From a virus, in the IMG/VR virus record IMGVR_UViG_3300029286_002355, positions 122,120-186,119 of that record: a stretch of DNA of 64,000 bases. The stretch is one strand, 5' to 3'. This document shows positions 20,098 to 28,433 of this stretch, one piece after another. Numbering within the stretch: the first letter of the stretch is position 1; each line of letters opens with the position of its first letter. The notes under the pieces are model-generated. The model did no database searches and was not told the origin of the DNA. It was given only the letters and a program-made list of their open reading frames with translations. Made by a program: the position numbers and the translations under genes.

Positions 20098-20727
20098 TTG
20101 TTTTTTTACAAGGAGTTTATGCTAAAATATCGACAATACAAAAACTATAAGGAGTTCAACGAAGCCAAACAAGCTTGCCGGGAATGCCAAATTGGTAAAG
20201 CATATGATAAGGTAGTTGCGTCTGATGGGAATACTATTAATCCAAAAGTTCTATTCTGCGGTGAAGCTCCGGGGAACGATGAAGTTATCAAGGGTATTCC
20301 GTTTGTAGGCAAAGCAGGGAAATTGCTACGATCAACACTTAAAGAATTTAGATTTACTTCTGAAAACTCCCTCATAACAAATACCATCCCTTGCCGCCCC
20401 CAAGATAATCAATTCCCCAAAGATGAAGGTATTGTCAAAGCCTGTAAAAATACATGGCTTAGAGAAGAATTGAGGTTAACGAATCCCGATATCATTGTTC
20501 TAGTTGGAGCTAAACCCTTGAAATTTTTATTGGGACTTGAAGGCATAACAAAAACTAGAGGCCAATGGTTTGAAAGAAAATTCAATGGCAAAACCATAAA
20601 ACTCATGGCAATTTTTCATCCTTCTTATGTCCTTCGCAAAGAATATATGGACGAAGGCAAACAAATTAAAGAAGATTTCAGGAACGATCTAAAATTAATT
20701 TCAAAAACATGTGGATTGTCTGTATAA
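20098..20727 (+). CDS. Uracil-DNA glycosylase family 4
   Basis: CxxC, GEAPG, PFVGKAG, N..PCRP, C, FHPSY; TGTATAAT at 20065-20072. Confidence 0.88.
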   Translation: MFFYKEFMLKYRQYKNYKEFNEAKQACRECQIGKAYDKVVASDGNTINPKVLFCGEAPGNDEVIKGIPFVGKAGKLLRSTLKEFRFTSENSLITNTIPCRPQDNQFPKDEGIVKACKNTWLREELRLTNPDIIVLVGAKPLKFLLGLEGITKTRGQWFERKFNGKTIKLMAIFHPSYVLRKEYMDEGKQIKEDFRNDLKLISKTCGLSV

Positions 20728-20783
20728 TGTGATTGGTCGCATTATTAACATCCATCCCGTAAGATGGTAAAGGAGTTGTTCCT

Positions 20784-21338
20784 ATGTCAAAAAAGTCATC
20801 AGAATTCCCTTCCGAAATATTCAACAACACAAAAGACATCATCGATAAGTCTATTCAGAATTGTTATCTTATACAAACCTATTCAATGGCAAGCGAAACA
20901 ACGACAGGATTTTGCCCCAACGATCTATCCTATTGGAAAGAGTTTTGTACTGTAGGAATAAATCTACCAAGAAGAACCGGAAAAACATACGCTATAACTA
21001 ATTTAGCTATTGAACGCTTTAACAATGTCATATTCATGTCTCATACGCTAAAGGCAGTAGAATATATGAAAAAGCCTATTGGTTATCTGCTATCATCTAA
21101 AAAATACAACATAGAAAAAGAAACCGCTTCACAAATAAAATTCAGAGATGAAAATGGAATTCTTTCTGAGTTTAACTTTGGCAGTATAGGTTCTATTGAT
21201 TCCATGAAAGGTTATTACAATATAGATGCTGTAATCGTTGACAATAGCTTTATGTTATCCGAAAAGAAGAAAGATGACATTTATCGTTGTTTTGGGCCTA
21301 GCATGACGAACCCAAAGTTCTTCATCTTTATAGGATAA
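20784..21338 (+). CDS. Small P-loop NTPase-like protein
   Basis: NLPRRTGKT Walker A-like, AVIVD Walker B-like; TGTATAAT at 20721-20728 and AAGGAG RBS. Confidence 0.6.
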   Translation: MSKKSSEFPSEIFNNTKDIIDKSIQNCYLIQTYSMASETTTGFCPNDLSYWKEFCTVGINLPRRTGKTYAITNLAIERFNNVIFMSHTLKAVEYMKKPIGYLLSSKKYNIEKETASQIKFRDENGILSEFNFGSIGSIDSMKGYYNIDAVIVDNSFMLSEKKKDDIYRCFGPSMTNPKFFIFIG

Positions 21339-21860
21339 TTAACCCTGCTTATTTCTCATGCCCATCTCAGTATTTCTAAGTGTTTCCAAAATATATGGGT
21401 TGGGAAGAATATTTTCATCCAATAAAGGCTCTCTTATATATTCCGATGCAAAAGTAGCAACAGCACCACTTCTCGAAACACCCGCATTACAATGAATTAA
21501 AAGAAGCATCGGTTCAAGCTTGCGTTCAGCCAAATTTAAGAACTCGATTATTTTTCTGGCATGATCTTCGTTAAAAAGAATAATCTTGGGATAAACCGGT
21601 TTTATCTTTTCATAATCTTCACCCAAAATATCATCAAAACGGATCGACATAACCATTGTCAATCCATCTTTCTCCAAACTTTCCATATTTTTCCCTTCAA
21701 TCAAAAATGGCTCATCAAATCCATTAATTGAAAGCAACGCCCACTTCGGCATCATGGTGGGGACAGGCGACAATCCCATTACAATCAGTTCTGCCCCAAA
21801 TCTATTCATTACCTTTATCTGTTTTATCATACGGTTAATCCTATTGGATGTACATAACAC
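21339..21860 (-). CDS. Protein tyrosine/dual-specificity phosphatase-like protein
   Basis: HCNAGVSRS (CX5R) and C-terminal PNPY. Confidence 0.8.
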   Translation of the reverse strand: MLCTSNRINRMIKQIKVMNRFGAELIVMGLSPVPTMMPKWALLSINGFDEPFLIEGKNMESLEKDGLTMVMSIRFDDILGEDYEKIKPVYPKIILFNEDHARKIIEFLNLAERKLEPMLLLIHCNAGVSRSGAVATFASEYIREPLLDENILPNPYILETLRNTEMGMRNKQG

Positions 21861-22336
21861 TGTTTATCGACCACATATAGGGCATCCGTTCCCCATAACC
21901 ACAACTTGCAATATTGATAGTTCCCGATTATTTGTTCTGGTCCCATACCGCCACTATCCAACCAAAAATACTTAATCTTATTCCACTTATCTCCCATTGC
22001 AGAATAAATAGCGTAGTAAACTTCATTAAGAGATGGTTTAAAAAATCCGTAATATCCCCAACGATGAAAAGATATAATTGGAACAGCGTCCACTTGACCT
22101 AAAAAGCCATTCAATTTTACTCTAGGAAACTGCTTATCGTTACCCTCTATCCATGTATAAGCAATTTCTTTAATCGGAATATTCTCTCTGTTCTTAAAAG
22201 TATATCCTTTGTGATCTTTTTGATCGTAACCAACAACAGGTACTAGTTTCCTTCTCATTTCTTCTGCTAATTCATTGGGTACATCTTTAACCAGAATTAC
22301 ATCGTCACTCAGTATACGCATGTCACCTGTGTCCAT
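21827..22336 (-). CDS. Hypothetical protein
   Basis: AGGAG RBS directly downstream of tmRNA. Confidence 0.6.
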   Translation of the reverse strand: MDTGDMRILSDDVILVKDVPNELAEEMRRKLVPVVGYDQKDHKGYTFKNRENIPIKEIAYTWIEGNDKQFPRVKLNGFLGQVDAVPIISFHRWGYYGFFKPSLNEVYYAIYSAMGDKWNKIKYFWLDSGGMGPEQIIGNYQYCKLWLWGTDALYVVDKQCYVHPIGLTV

Positions 22337-22357
22337 AATTTGCTCCTATGTTTAAAT

Positions 22358-22728
22358 TGGTGGAAGCGAGGAGAGTTGAACTCCTGTCACGTATAATTTC
22401 AACCAAGTTTCTTTCACATGTTTAGTCTACTGTTTCTGAGACTGATTGCTCGGAGCCAAAATAGACTCACTCCGGACGGTTCCTTATACCTCAAGCATTT
22501 CGTCTTCCCGAAATTCCACAGAGCTAAGCTACTCTGTCCGCACTCTTGTGTCTTATGCTACTCAGGTTTACCAGAATTATCTTAACCCTTTCACAGGCCA
22601 CTATTAAGCAGCCATTGCCATTCTAGGAACAGCATTTAATTTTTTGTAATGGATATTTTAAGAGGCCAACCATCATCCTCTACATGCAACTGGATTTACG
22701 TTACCACGCTCGATACCGTAACGCTCCC
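22358..22728 (-). ncRNA. ssrA: tmRNA (one-piece, 371 nt), tag (A)AVPRMAMAA
   Basis: GGGAGCG/CGCUUCC-ACCA acceptor with G3.U70, T-arm GGAGUUCAACUCUCC, no anticodon arm; tag ORF GCT GTT CCT AGA ATG GCA ATG GCT GCT TAA at 22633-22604 after the UAAAU resume context. Confidence 0.93.
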
Positions 22729-22754
22729 AATCTACAATACATTATTTTTAAAAC

Positions 22755-22943
22755 ATGAGCATGATGGTTGCTAATCCATCTGTGGCGTCAACATGCGAGC
22801 TTTAAGTCGAGTTAACTAATTGCCCACCACCAGTCGTTGCCTATTGCGAAGCGTGTCGTCAAAACTCTCCAGTTTCCCGTAGTACGCTCCTGCCACACTT
22901 AACTGACTTCGTTGCGTGTCTGCATTTCCACGCCGATGCTCAT
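22755..22943 (-). ncRNA. Unclassified ~189-nt structured RNA (candidate)
   Basis: GC-rich non-coding island with its own promoter (TTGATT-16-TATAAT, -10 at 22951-22956), 8-bp terminal stem AUGAGCAU/AUGCUCAU and nested helices. Confidence 0.65.
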
Positions 22944-22985
22944 TACATACATTATACTACAATATACTTAGAAATCAAGTATTAT

Positions 22986-23294
22986 TTATGCAAACAATTT
23001 AGCCAAAAGCTCTTTAAATTTTATTCCTTCCTTGTAAATTTCTCCAAATTTAACCGCATAACCTTCATCAATCCACGAACGAAATGCTCCTTCCCACCCT
23101 ATATCCTTCTCTTTCTCTTTGCTTTTTTCATATTTATATCGATCTATCGCCCGAAGTTGCATTAAAATTCTAGGATCAGGATGCGAAGAAATCAAAAACT
23201 CCTTAAGAATACAATAATGATCATTTTCACAATATCCCGAACAAACATCTTCTAGAAGTTCTTTATACTCTGCTTTATTTAACCGATAACTCAA
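22986..23294 (-). CDS. Hypothetical protein
   Basis: GAGGG RBS; DIGWE.AF..W.DEGYA motif. Confidence 0.6.
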   Translation of the reverse strand: MSYRLNKAEYKELLEDVCSGYCENDHYCILKEFLISSHPDPRILMQLRAIDRYKYEKSKEKEKDIGWEGAFRSWIDEGYAVKFGEIYKEGIKFKELLAKLFA

Positions 23295-23306
23295 TATTAC
23301 CCTCCT

Positions 23307-23780
23307 TTATTGTTTTTCCATCCAATAAGAAGTTTCACCTCCATAAGTCTTTTCTGAAATCATGCGAAATCCATTTTTTTCCCAAAACCTTACCGTATCC
23401 TGAACTGAAATTAAACAGATTTTTAACCCACTTTTACTGGCTTTGTGAAGAACAGTATTAATTAATCTTTTAGCTATTCCTCTATCCCGGTATTCTTTTT
23501 TTACCCCAAGATCGTGAATGTAGATACAATCTTCTTCAATGTTTTCTTTTATTTTTCCTTTAAGTGGGACTTCTAATCCGCTGTTATAAGGAAATGCAAT
23601 AATATATCCGATTAGTTTCCCATCTTCTTCGGCATACATTGAAAGAGTTTTTCTAGCTAAAACCTTGGAAGCCCAATTGTCAAAACCTTCGTGAAAATTT
23701 GACGAATAGCAATCTGCACTTAATTGAGATAATTCTTCCATCTTTTCTAACGGAATATCAACCACAGATTTAATATCCAT
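23307..23780 (-). CDS. GNAT-family acetyltransferase
   Basis: YIHDLGVKKEYRDRGIA acetyl-CoA motif, FWEKNGF. Confidence 0.85.
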   Translation of the reverse strand: MDIKSVVDIPLEKMEELSQLSADCYSSNFHEGFDNWASKVLARKTLSMYAEEDGKLIGYIIAFPYNSGLEVPLKGKIKENIEEDCIYIHDLGVKKEYRDRGIAKRLINTVLHKASKSGLKICLISVQDTVRFWEKNGFRMISEKTYGGETSYWMEKQ

Positions 23781-23783
23781 ATT

Positions 23784-24080
23784 TTATCCCACCATGAATT
23801 CAAAACCATCGAGTGGGATATCCTCTGTATCGTTTTTAATGGCATTGAATCGATGTTCCGCTTCTTGCAAAATAGGCCAAACACATTTATCCATCATTTC
23901 TTTTTCGGGAGTCTTTTTGTTTTCCATTTCTACTAACGCCGATGTCATAGCCCGAAGCGCATTAACGGCTATTTGTTTATACAACTCGTCCTTCTCCCTT
24001 TCTGCTGTAGGATCAATGATGGGGATTCCTTGTTTGTTAACTAACATTCTCTTTTTTACTCTTTTCTCTCTTTTGTTCAA
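23784..24080 (-). CDS. Hypothetical protein
   Basis: Operon-oriented ORF. Confidence 0.5.
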   Translation of the reverse strand: MNKREKRVKKRMLVNKQGIPIIDPTAEREKDELYKQIAVNALRAMTSALVEMENKKTPEKEMMDKCVWPILQEAEHRFNAIKNDTEDIPLDGFEFMVG

Positions 24081-24381
24081 ATTTGAAATCTCTCTCTGCC
24101 TGTCTCCACTTCATTACTAAAATGTTGCAAAGAAACCTTTTTATCTCTTCAGTTATTGATTGGCTACGGTTAACGCTTTCGATGCATTTTTCTTTCCAAA
24201 TATGGCATAAAAGAATTTTGTGTCCGTTGGAAAGGTTGGAAAAGTATAAATCATTAACTACATTCGTAAATTCGTTGTAGTAATTACCCACTTTACGAAT
24301 ATATTTTGGGCTGGCTTCTTTTTCCAGTATTTTTACTAGAATATGAGCCGCTTTCGAATCGCCGTATGTTCCCGCATCCAT
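24037..24381 (-). CDS. Hypothetical protein
   Basis: TAATG coupling with upstream ORF. Confidence 0.5.
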   Translation of the reverse strand: MDAGTYGDSKAAHILVKILEKEASPKYIRKVGNYYNEFTNVVNDLYFSNLSNGHKILLCHIWKEKCIESVNRSQSITEEIKRFLCNILVMKWRQAERDFKFEQKREKSKKENVS

Positions 24382-24662
24382 TATTTAACTATAGCCTTTA
24401 TTGGTAATTCACGAAGTTTTGTCCAAACAGCTTCAATAATGACCTCAGCAGCATCGTCTGGATGTTCTTTTCCTGTATCTTTTTTAAGAACTTCGTTGTG
24501 AGCCCAAAGACCAAACGAATTTTGTATTGCTCTGTTCCAACCGTGATGGAAACCTATTACGTCATCTTTTTCTCTACTCCTAACGTATGCTTTATCTTGA
24601 TCGCTCATTCTGCTAATAAGTTCATCAACGGCTTCTTTTACGGATGGTGGTTTTTCTTTCAT
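24381..24662 (-). CDS. Hypothetical protein (ends LPIKAIVK)
   Basis: ATGA coupling; FHHGW..AI.N.FGLW..N...HPDD pattern. Confidence 0.6.
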   Translation of the reverse strand: MKEKPPSVKEAVDELISRMSDQDKAYVRSREKDDVIGFHHGWNRAIQNSFGLWAHNEVLKKDTGKEHPDDAAEVIIEAVWTKLRELPIKAIVK

Positions 24663-24916
24663 TTTTTATTCAAACTTTCATCCACATCCTTAATAAAAAC
24701 CTGACCGCAAGGAGATCCCATCCATTGCACAATCATGTTAGCAGTTTTAATCTGTTCTGGAGTTGGCGTCGATCTAACATTAATTTCCCCTGAGATAAGG
24801 TACTCAAGGGTATGACTCCACTTATTAAGCTTTAGCCACGCATCCGCAAAAGCCTTTTCTTTAGGATTGTTTTCAAACCGATATTCAGAAAATCCATCTT
24901 CATTTTGATTTTTCAT
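24659..24916 (-). CDS. Hypothetical protein
   Basis: Coupled ORF; EKAFADAW...QWMGSPCGQ.F. Confidence 0.6.
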   Translation of the reverse strand: MKNQNEDGFSEYRFENNPKEKAFADAWLKLNKWSHTLEYLISGEINVRSTPTPEQIKTANMIVQWMGSPCGQVFIKDVDESLNKK

Positions 24917-24917
24917 A

Positions 24918-25142
24918 TTATGTCCATTTTAACTGTTTTAATACCTTACCCTTACGATCTAATACGGCCATAACTTTGTTCGCTTGGTCTTCGTGCATTT
25001 CTTTATGAAAATAACTATATAATCCAAGTGCTCTTCTTAGAATTTCACACTTAGAACGGCCTTCTTTTTTCGCCATTTCGCTAAGCAACCCATGAACTTG
25101 ATCGTTAAAATCTACACTATATTTCATTTTTCTCCTTGGCAA
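24918..25142 (-). CDS. Ribbon-helix-helix (CopG-like) DNA-binding protein
   Basis: YSVDF....LLSEMAKKEGRSKCEILRRAL; AAGGAG RBS. Confidence 0.7.
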   Translation of the reverse strand: MPRRKMKYSVDFNDQVHGLLSEMAKKEGRSKCEILRRALGLYSYFHKEMHEDQANKVMAVLDRKGKVLKQLKWT

Positions 25143-25324
25143 TCTACTTTTGTAGAAGCAACTAAATCGCTTTTAAGAACGTCTAAACTCTCTCTAATTT
25201 TATTTTCCAAGACGCAACCCTTGCAACTATCGGCACAAATCCCTGACGGCCATCTCTCATGGTGCACAGAAGAGATCATTCCGTCTATTGCGGAGATTAA
25301 CACCAATCTCTCTTTCTGTCGCAT
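25124..25324 (-). CDS. Hypothetical protein
   Basis: GGAGG RBS. Confidence 0.5.
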   Translation of the reverse strand: MRQKERLVLISAIDGMISSVHHERWPSGICADSCKGCVLENKIRESLDVLKSDLVASTKVDCQGEK

Positions 25325-25391
25325 TATCTTCCTCCGTCAACTTCCTTTACGATTTACCAGTATCCGCCCGTAAATGTAGGACGTTTCCCCT

Positions 25392-25439
25392 TTAATTTAC
25401 TTCACTCTCAACCGGAGTAAACCATAATTCACAATCGTA
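25392..25439 (-). pseudogene. 3' fragment of the SET-domain gene (YDCELWFTPVESEVN*)
   Basis: Rejoins in frame to 26850..27155 when the IS at 25440-26849 is removed. Confidence 0.8.
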
Positions 25440-26849
25440 ATCAACTACCCAGCGACTAAAGATCGCTGGGTTTGCATCTTCTGAAGACACAATTGGCTAG
25501 TTGATGGTAGCCTGCCCATAAAGTTCAGTCCACCATCAATAGGTATACCAAACGATACAGGGCGTTTTACTCCTTTGGCCTCTTTTATTTTGGAGTATTT
25601 GTTGGCAATATTTATTGATGCATTCCAATCTGCATCAAAAACCTTGCCATCTGAGGCATAATACCTGCATCCCCTTCTTTCTCCTTTCTCAATTCCTCTG
25701 TAGTCTAATTGAGACGTTAAATAGGGGTTAACCGTTACTACTCTTTTTCCATTGAGTAGTGCCTTGTAGGTCAATATTCTTTGTAGTTCAAAGAATGACA
25801 TTTGACTTAATCTATTTTTACTCGATTTGCCTTTCTTGTAGTTTTTCTTTCCTAGGTTATTTTTCTTTAAAGAGGATAAGTCTTCAAGAACTATAGTATT
25901 CATTTTAGTCTTTAGTATCTCGTTGACTAACTGGTAACTAGTGTTTTTGTTCTTGTTTTTCTCTTTTCGTTTTAGTTTCTTGAGCTTAGTTTTTGCAGAG
26001 TGAGATCTATTTATTTTAAGATTTGAGTTTAATTGTCTTTTTAGATATCTTAATTGTCTTTTTTGTTTTAGAAATTGCTTGTCAGAAATAGCAATACCTT
26101 CAGAAGTAGTTATGAGTCTTCTTTCTCCAAGATCTACTCCAAGATAACCGTTTTCAATATGTACTGGTTCTGGAACTGAAAAGGATACTGCCAGCCAGAA
26201 CACGCTATCCTTAAAGAAAATCAGTGGATCGCAAAGAGAATAGGTTTTTAAGAGTTTAGAGAATTTAGGATATGGTTTAAAATCGCATACAATTCTCTTT
26301 CCGGTGGTTGTTAATTTAATTTGATTGTTATCAAGAAAGGTATAGATTCGCTTGTCTAACCTAAGAGATAGGTTAATTTGCTTGGCAGATTCCGTTAATT
26401 TAGATCTTTGTTTATTAGATTGTATAGTTTTGTAGGTGGCATAAACAGAGTCTTTGGCTCGTATTATAACCTGAGAAGGACAATCGGGGAACAACTTTCT
26501 GCACTGATGATAGTTCTTGTCGTGAAGCAGTTTCTTATCTAATTTCTTGGCTTTAAAGGCATATTCTGACATATAATTCCATATTTTCTGATGCTCAAGA
26601 AGAGTATTATAGAGCAGATCAAACTCTTCTTTACTCTTTGGAACAAGCTTAATATTATATGTTATAACTGAGTTCATAATTATTACTTCTATAATTATTT
26701 ACTCTTTCCTTCTTATTTCTTTGATTATTTTCTTGCATTCAGGAATTAAAGATGTATAATAGTAGAAAGTTAAAGAAAGGAGATGAGTGGATATAGTAAC
26801 TCGCTTACCTCCCCCACACTAAAGATGTCGGGGTTTCTGCTCGCATTAA
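25440..26849 (-). mobile_element. IS200/IS605-family element (tnpB only, non-autonomous)
   Basis: Left end: TCAT target, then TTAATGCGAGCAGAAA-CCCCGAC hairpin (guide GAAA predicts TCxT). Right end: guide CAAA + CCCAGCGA/TCGCTGGG hairpin ending TGAT (predicts TGxT). Confidence 0.85.
25445..26677 (-). CDS. tnpB: TnpB RNA-guided endonuclease
   Basis: RuvC triad GVDLG, VLEDL, DADWNAS; V.VNP..TSQ; zinc-finger cysteines missing. Confidence 0.9.
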   Translation of the reverse strand: MNSVITYNIKLVPKSKEEFDLLYNTLLEHQKIWNYMSEYAFKAKKLDKKLLHDKNYHQCRKLFPDCPSQVIIRAKDSVYATYKTIQSNKQRSKLTESAKQINLSLRLDKRIYTFLDNNQIKLTTTGKRIVCDFKPYPKFSKLLKTYSLCDPLIFFKDSVFWLAVSFSVPEPVHIENGYLGVDLGERRLITTSEGIAISDKQFLKQKRQLRYLKRQLNSNLKINRSHSAKTKLKKLKRKEKNKNKNTSYQLVNEILKTKMNTIVLEDLSSLKKNNLGKKNYKKGKSSKNRLSQMSFFELQRILTYKALLNGKRVVTVNPYLTSQLDYRGIEKGERRGCRYYASDGKVFDADWNASINIANKYSKIKEAKGVKRPVSFGIPIDGGLNFMGRLPSTSQLCLQKMQTQRSLVAG

Positions 26850-27155
26850 ATGAAAACGAAGTTCTTCTCCATATTGTATATTCCGTTTAGCATACGCCCT
26901 AATTGTTCCATATTTTTTAAATCTCTTTAAATATATATTTGGTTTTTCGGAATGATTCATAAAATTAATCAGCCCCATAGCAAGACAATCATGTTTATTT
27001 GACCAAGCCATACTATAATCTTTTAACTCTGATTTTTCTATTTTAGAATACGTATATGGAATCACTGGATTTTCTACAATTAGGCTTCCCCGACTTATAA
27101 ATTTATCTGTAAATACACCTTTCCCACAACCTTTAACGTCTTTTAAGTATATCAT
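26850..27155 (-). pseudogene. SET-domain methyltransferase, 5' part, interrupted by IS
   Basis: GKGVF...I..G.LI, GLINFMNHSEKPN, RAYAKRNIQYGEELRFH; start MIYLK at 27155 with GGAG RBS. Confidence 0.85.
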
Positions 27156-27163
27156 TTTTCTCC

Positions 27164-27541
27164 TTAACAGTTCTTTTCTTCCCACATAGGATTCTTCTCA
27201 AAATCCAACTCTTTTCTAGATTTACCCGCATTGCCCGTAAATGGAGGATGTTTTTCCTCAAATTTACATACTTCGCCCAATGACATATCTTTAAATTCTT
27301 TTTCCTTGCCTTCCATTTCCCTCAACGCTTCTTCTGCCCATTCCCATCCGTCTTTCACTAAGCCATCTCTTCCTCTAACTTCTAAACTGGTATATTTAGG
27401 ATCTAGTTTTGACCTATTAACAATCTTTTTAAATTTGTTGCAAAACCCCCTATATTGCCAAAAATCCATATTGCCATATATCTTAAGAGCATGGATGGCA
27501 ATTTCAAGTTTTTGTTTATCGGTGAGTTTCTTTACTTTCAT
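27164..27541 (-). CDS. Hypothetical protein
   Basis: GGAGG RBS. Confidence 0.55.
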   Translation of the reverse strand: MKVKKLTDKQKLEIAIHALKIYGNMDFWQYRGFCNKFKKIVNRSKLDPKYTSLEVRGRDGLVKDGWEWAEEALREMEGKEKEFKDMSLGEVCKFEEKHPPFTGNAGKSRKELDFEKNPMWEEKNC

Positions 27542-27549
27542 TTTTCCTC

Positions 27550-28071
27550 CTATGGTTTTGGCAAAATTCTAGCCTTAATATCTTGAATGATCTTATTTTT
27601 GTCAAGATCAACTAAATTCTTGTTATTTTCAATAAAGTCGCCATAATCTTCTCCCTCAACGTATTCTCTAGCAAATATGTTACACAAGAACTTCGCATCG
27701 GACTCGCTATCATTACCTATAGCCGAATGATTTAACGTATTCCAAGTATTTCCATCTTTGGGAATATATGCCCTTAACTCTTTTCCACTAAAGTAGATAC
27801 AAAAGTAAATCGGAATTTCCAAGTCACCGCCTGCGTTACAACCTAACAAAATCATCCCGTTATCTAGTTCCTGATATCCCAGTAAATGTTTTTTGTCTTT
27901 CCATCCATATTCTTCGCTTATAGATACGTTCTCCATATCAAATTCTACTTTTTCAAGATCTGTAGCTATTCGAGGAGTTAGATGTTTAAGTTGATACTTG
28001 TCCCCATCCCAAATTGCATCAACTTTATCTCTAAATTCTCTTAACGAAATAGGTGCAAAATATCTAGCCAT
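27550..28071 (-). CDS. Hypothetical protein
   Basis: AGGAG RBS; AGGD.E.P.YF.IY...LRAYIP..GN motif. Confidence 0.65.
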   Translation of the reverse strand: MARYFAPISLREFRDKVDAIWDGDKYQLKHLTPRIATDLEKVEFDMENVSISEEYGWKDKKHLLGYQELDNGMILLGCNAGGDLEIPIYFCIYFSGKELRAYIPKDGNTWNTLNHSAIGNDSESDAKFLCNIFAREYVEGEDYGDFIENNKNLVDLDKNKIIQDIKARILPKP

Positions 28072-28080
28072 AACATCTCC

Positions 28081-28425
28081 TTACTTATCTATCTCTGACC
28101 AATTGGGATTATCTTTTTTAGCTTTTTCTATAAGATATTTATAGTTTCTCCATGCATACCTTATCGCTTCATGTTTGCAATCACAACTTCTGTAACGATA
28201 GAATTCTGCCGCTAAATTTTTATTGTCAATATTATCTCCGGGAGCTTTAAACGTAAAAAGTCTACCGTTAGAAACTATGACATATCCGGGAGGGGGCTTG
28301 GTATGTCCATATACGACATTAATCAAACTAGATTCGTCATAACTTACCCACATAAAAAAAGAAATAAGCAAAGTAGCCCCCGCAACAAGCACAACACTGA
28401 CTGGATCTATATATTTTAAAAACAT
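28081..28425 (-). CDS. Hypothetical membrane-anchored protein
   Basis: N-terminal hydrophobic helix; AAGGAG RBS. Confidence 0.55.
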   Translation of the reverse strand: MFLKYIDPVSVVLVAGATLLISFFMWVSYDESSLINVVYGHTKPPPGYVIVSNGRLFTFKAPGDNIDNKNLAAEFYRYRSCDCKHEAIRYAWRNYKYLIEKAKKDNPNWSEIDK

Positions 28426-28433
28426 AATTCTCC

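Noticed and set aside
22755-22943. Group I intron, SRP RNA or RNase P S-domain in trans as identity of the 189-nt RNA
   Set aside because: Short look-alikes (CGGGAAAC, CAACGACU, GCAACGAAG) are not accompanied by the required partner helices.
25325-25391. Small alternative hairpins (TTTACG/CGTAAA versus ATTTAC/GTAAAT) upstream of 25124..25324
   Set aside because: Six-bp AT-rich stems expected by chance; no riboswitch motif recognised.
25440-26849. IStron (group I intron-IS hybrid) splicing out of the SET mRNA
   Set aside because: Only about 170 nt lie between the left end and tnpB, with no P3-P7 core, and the element ends in T rather than the omega-G.
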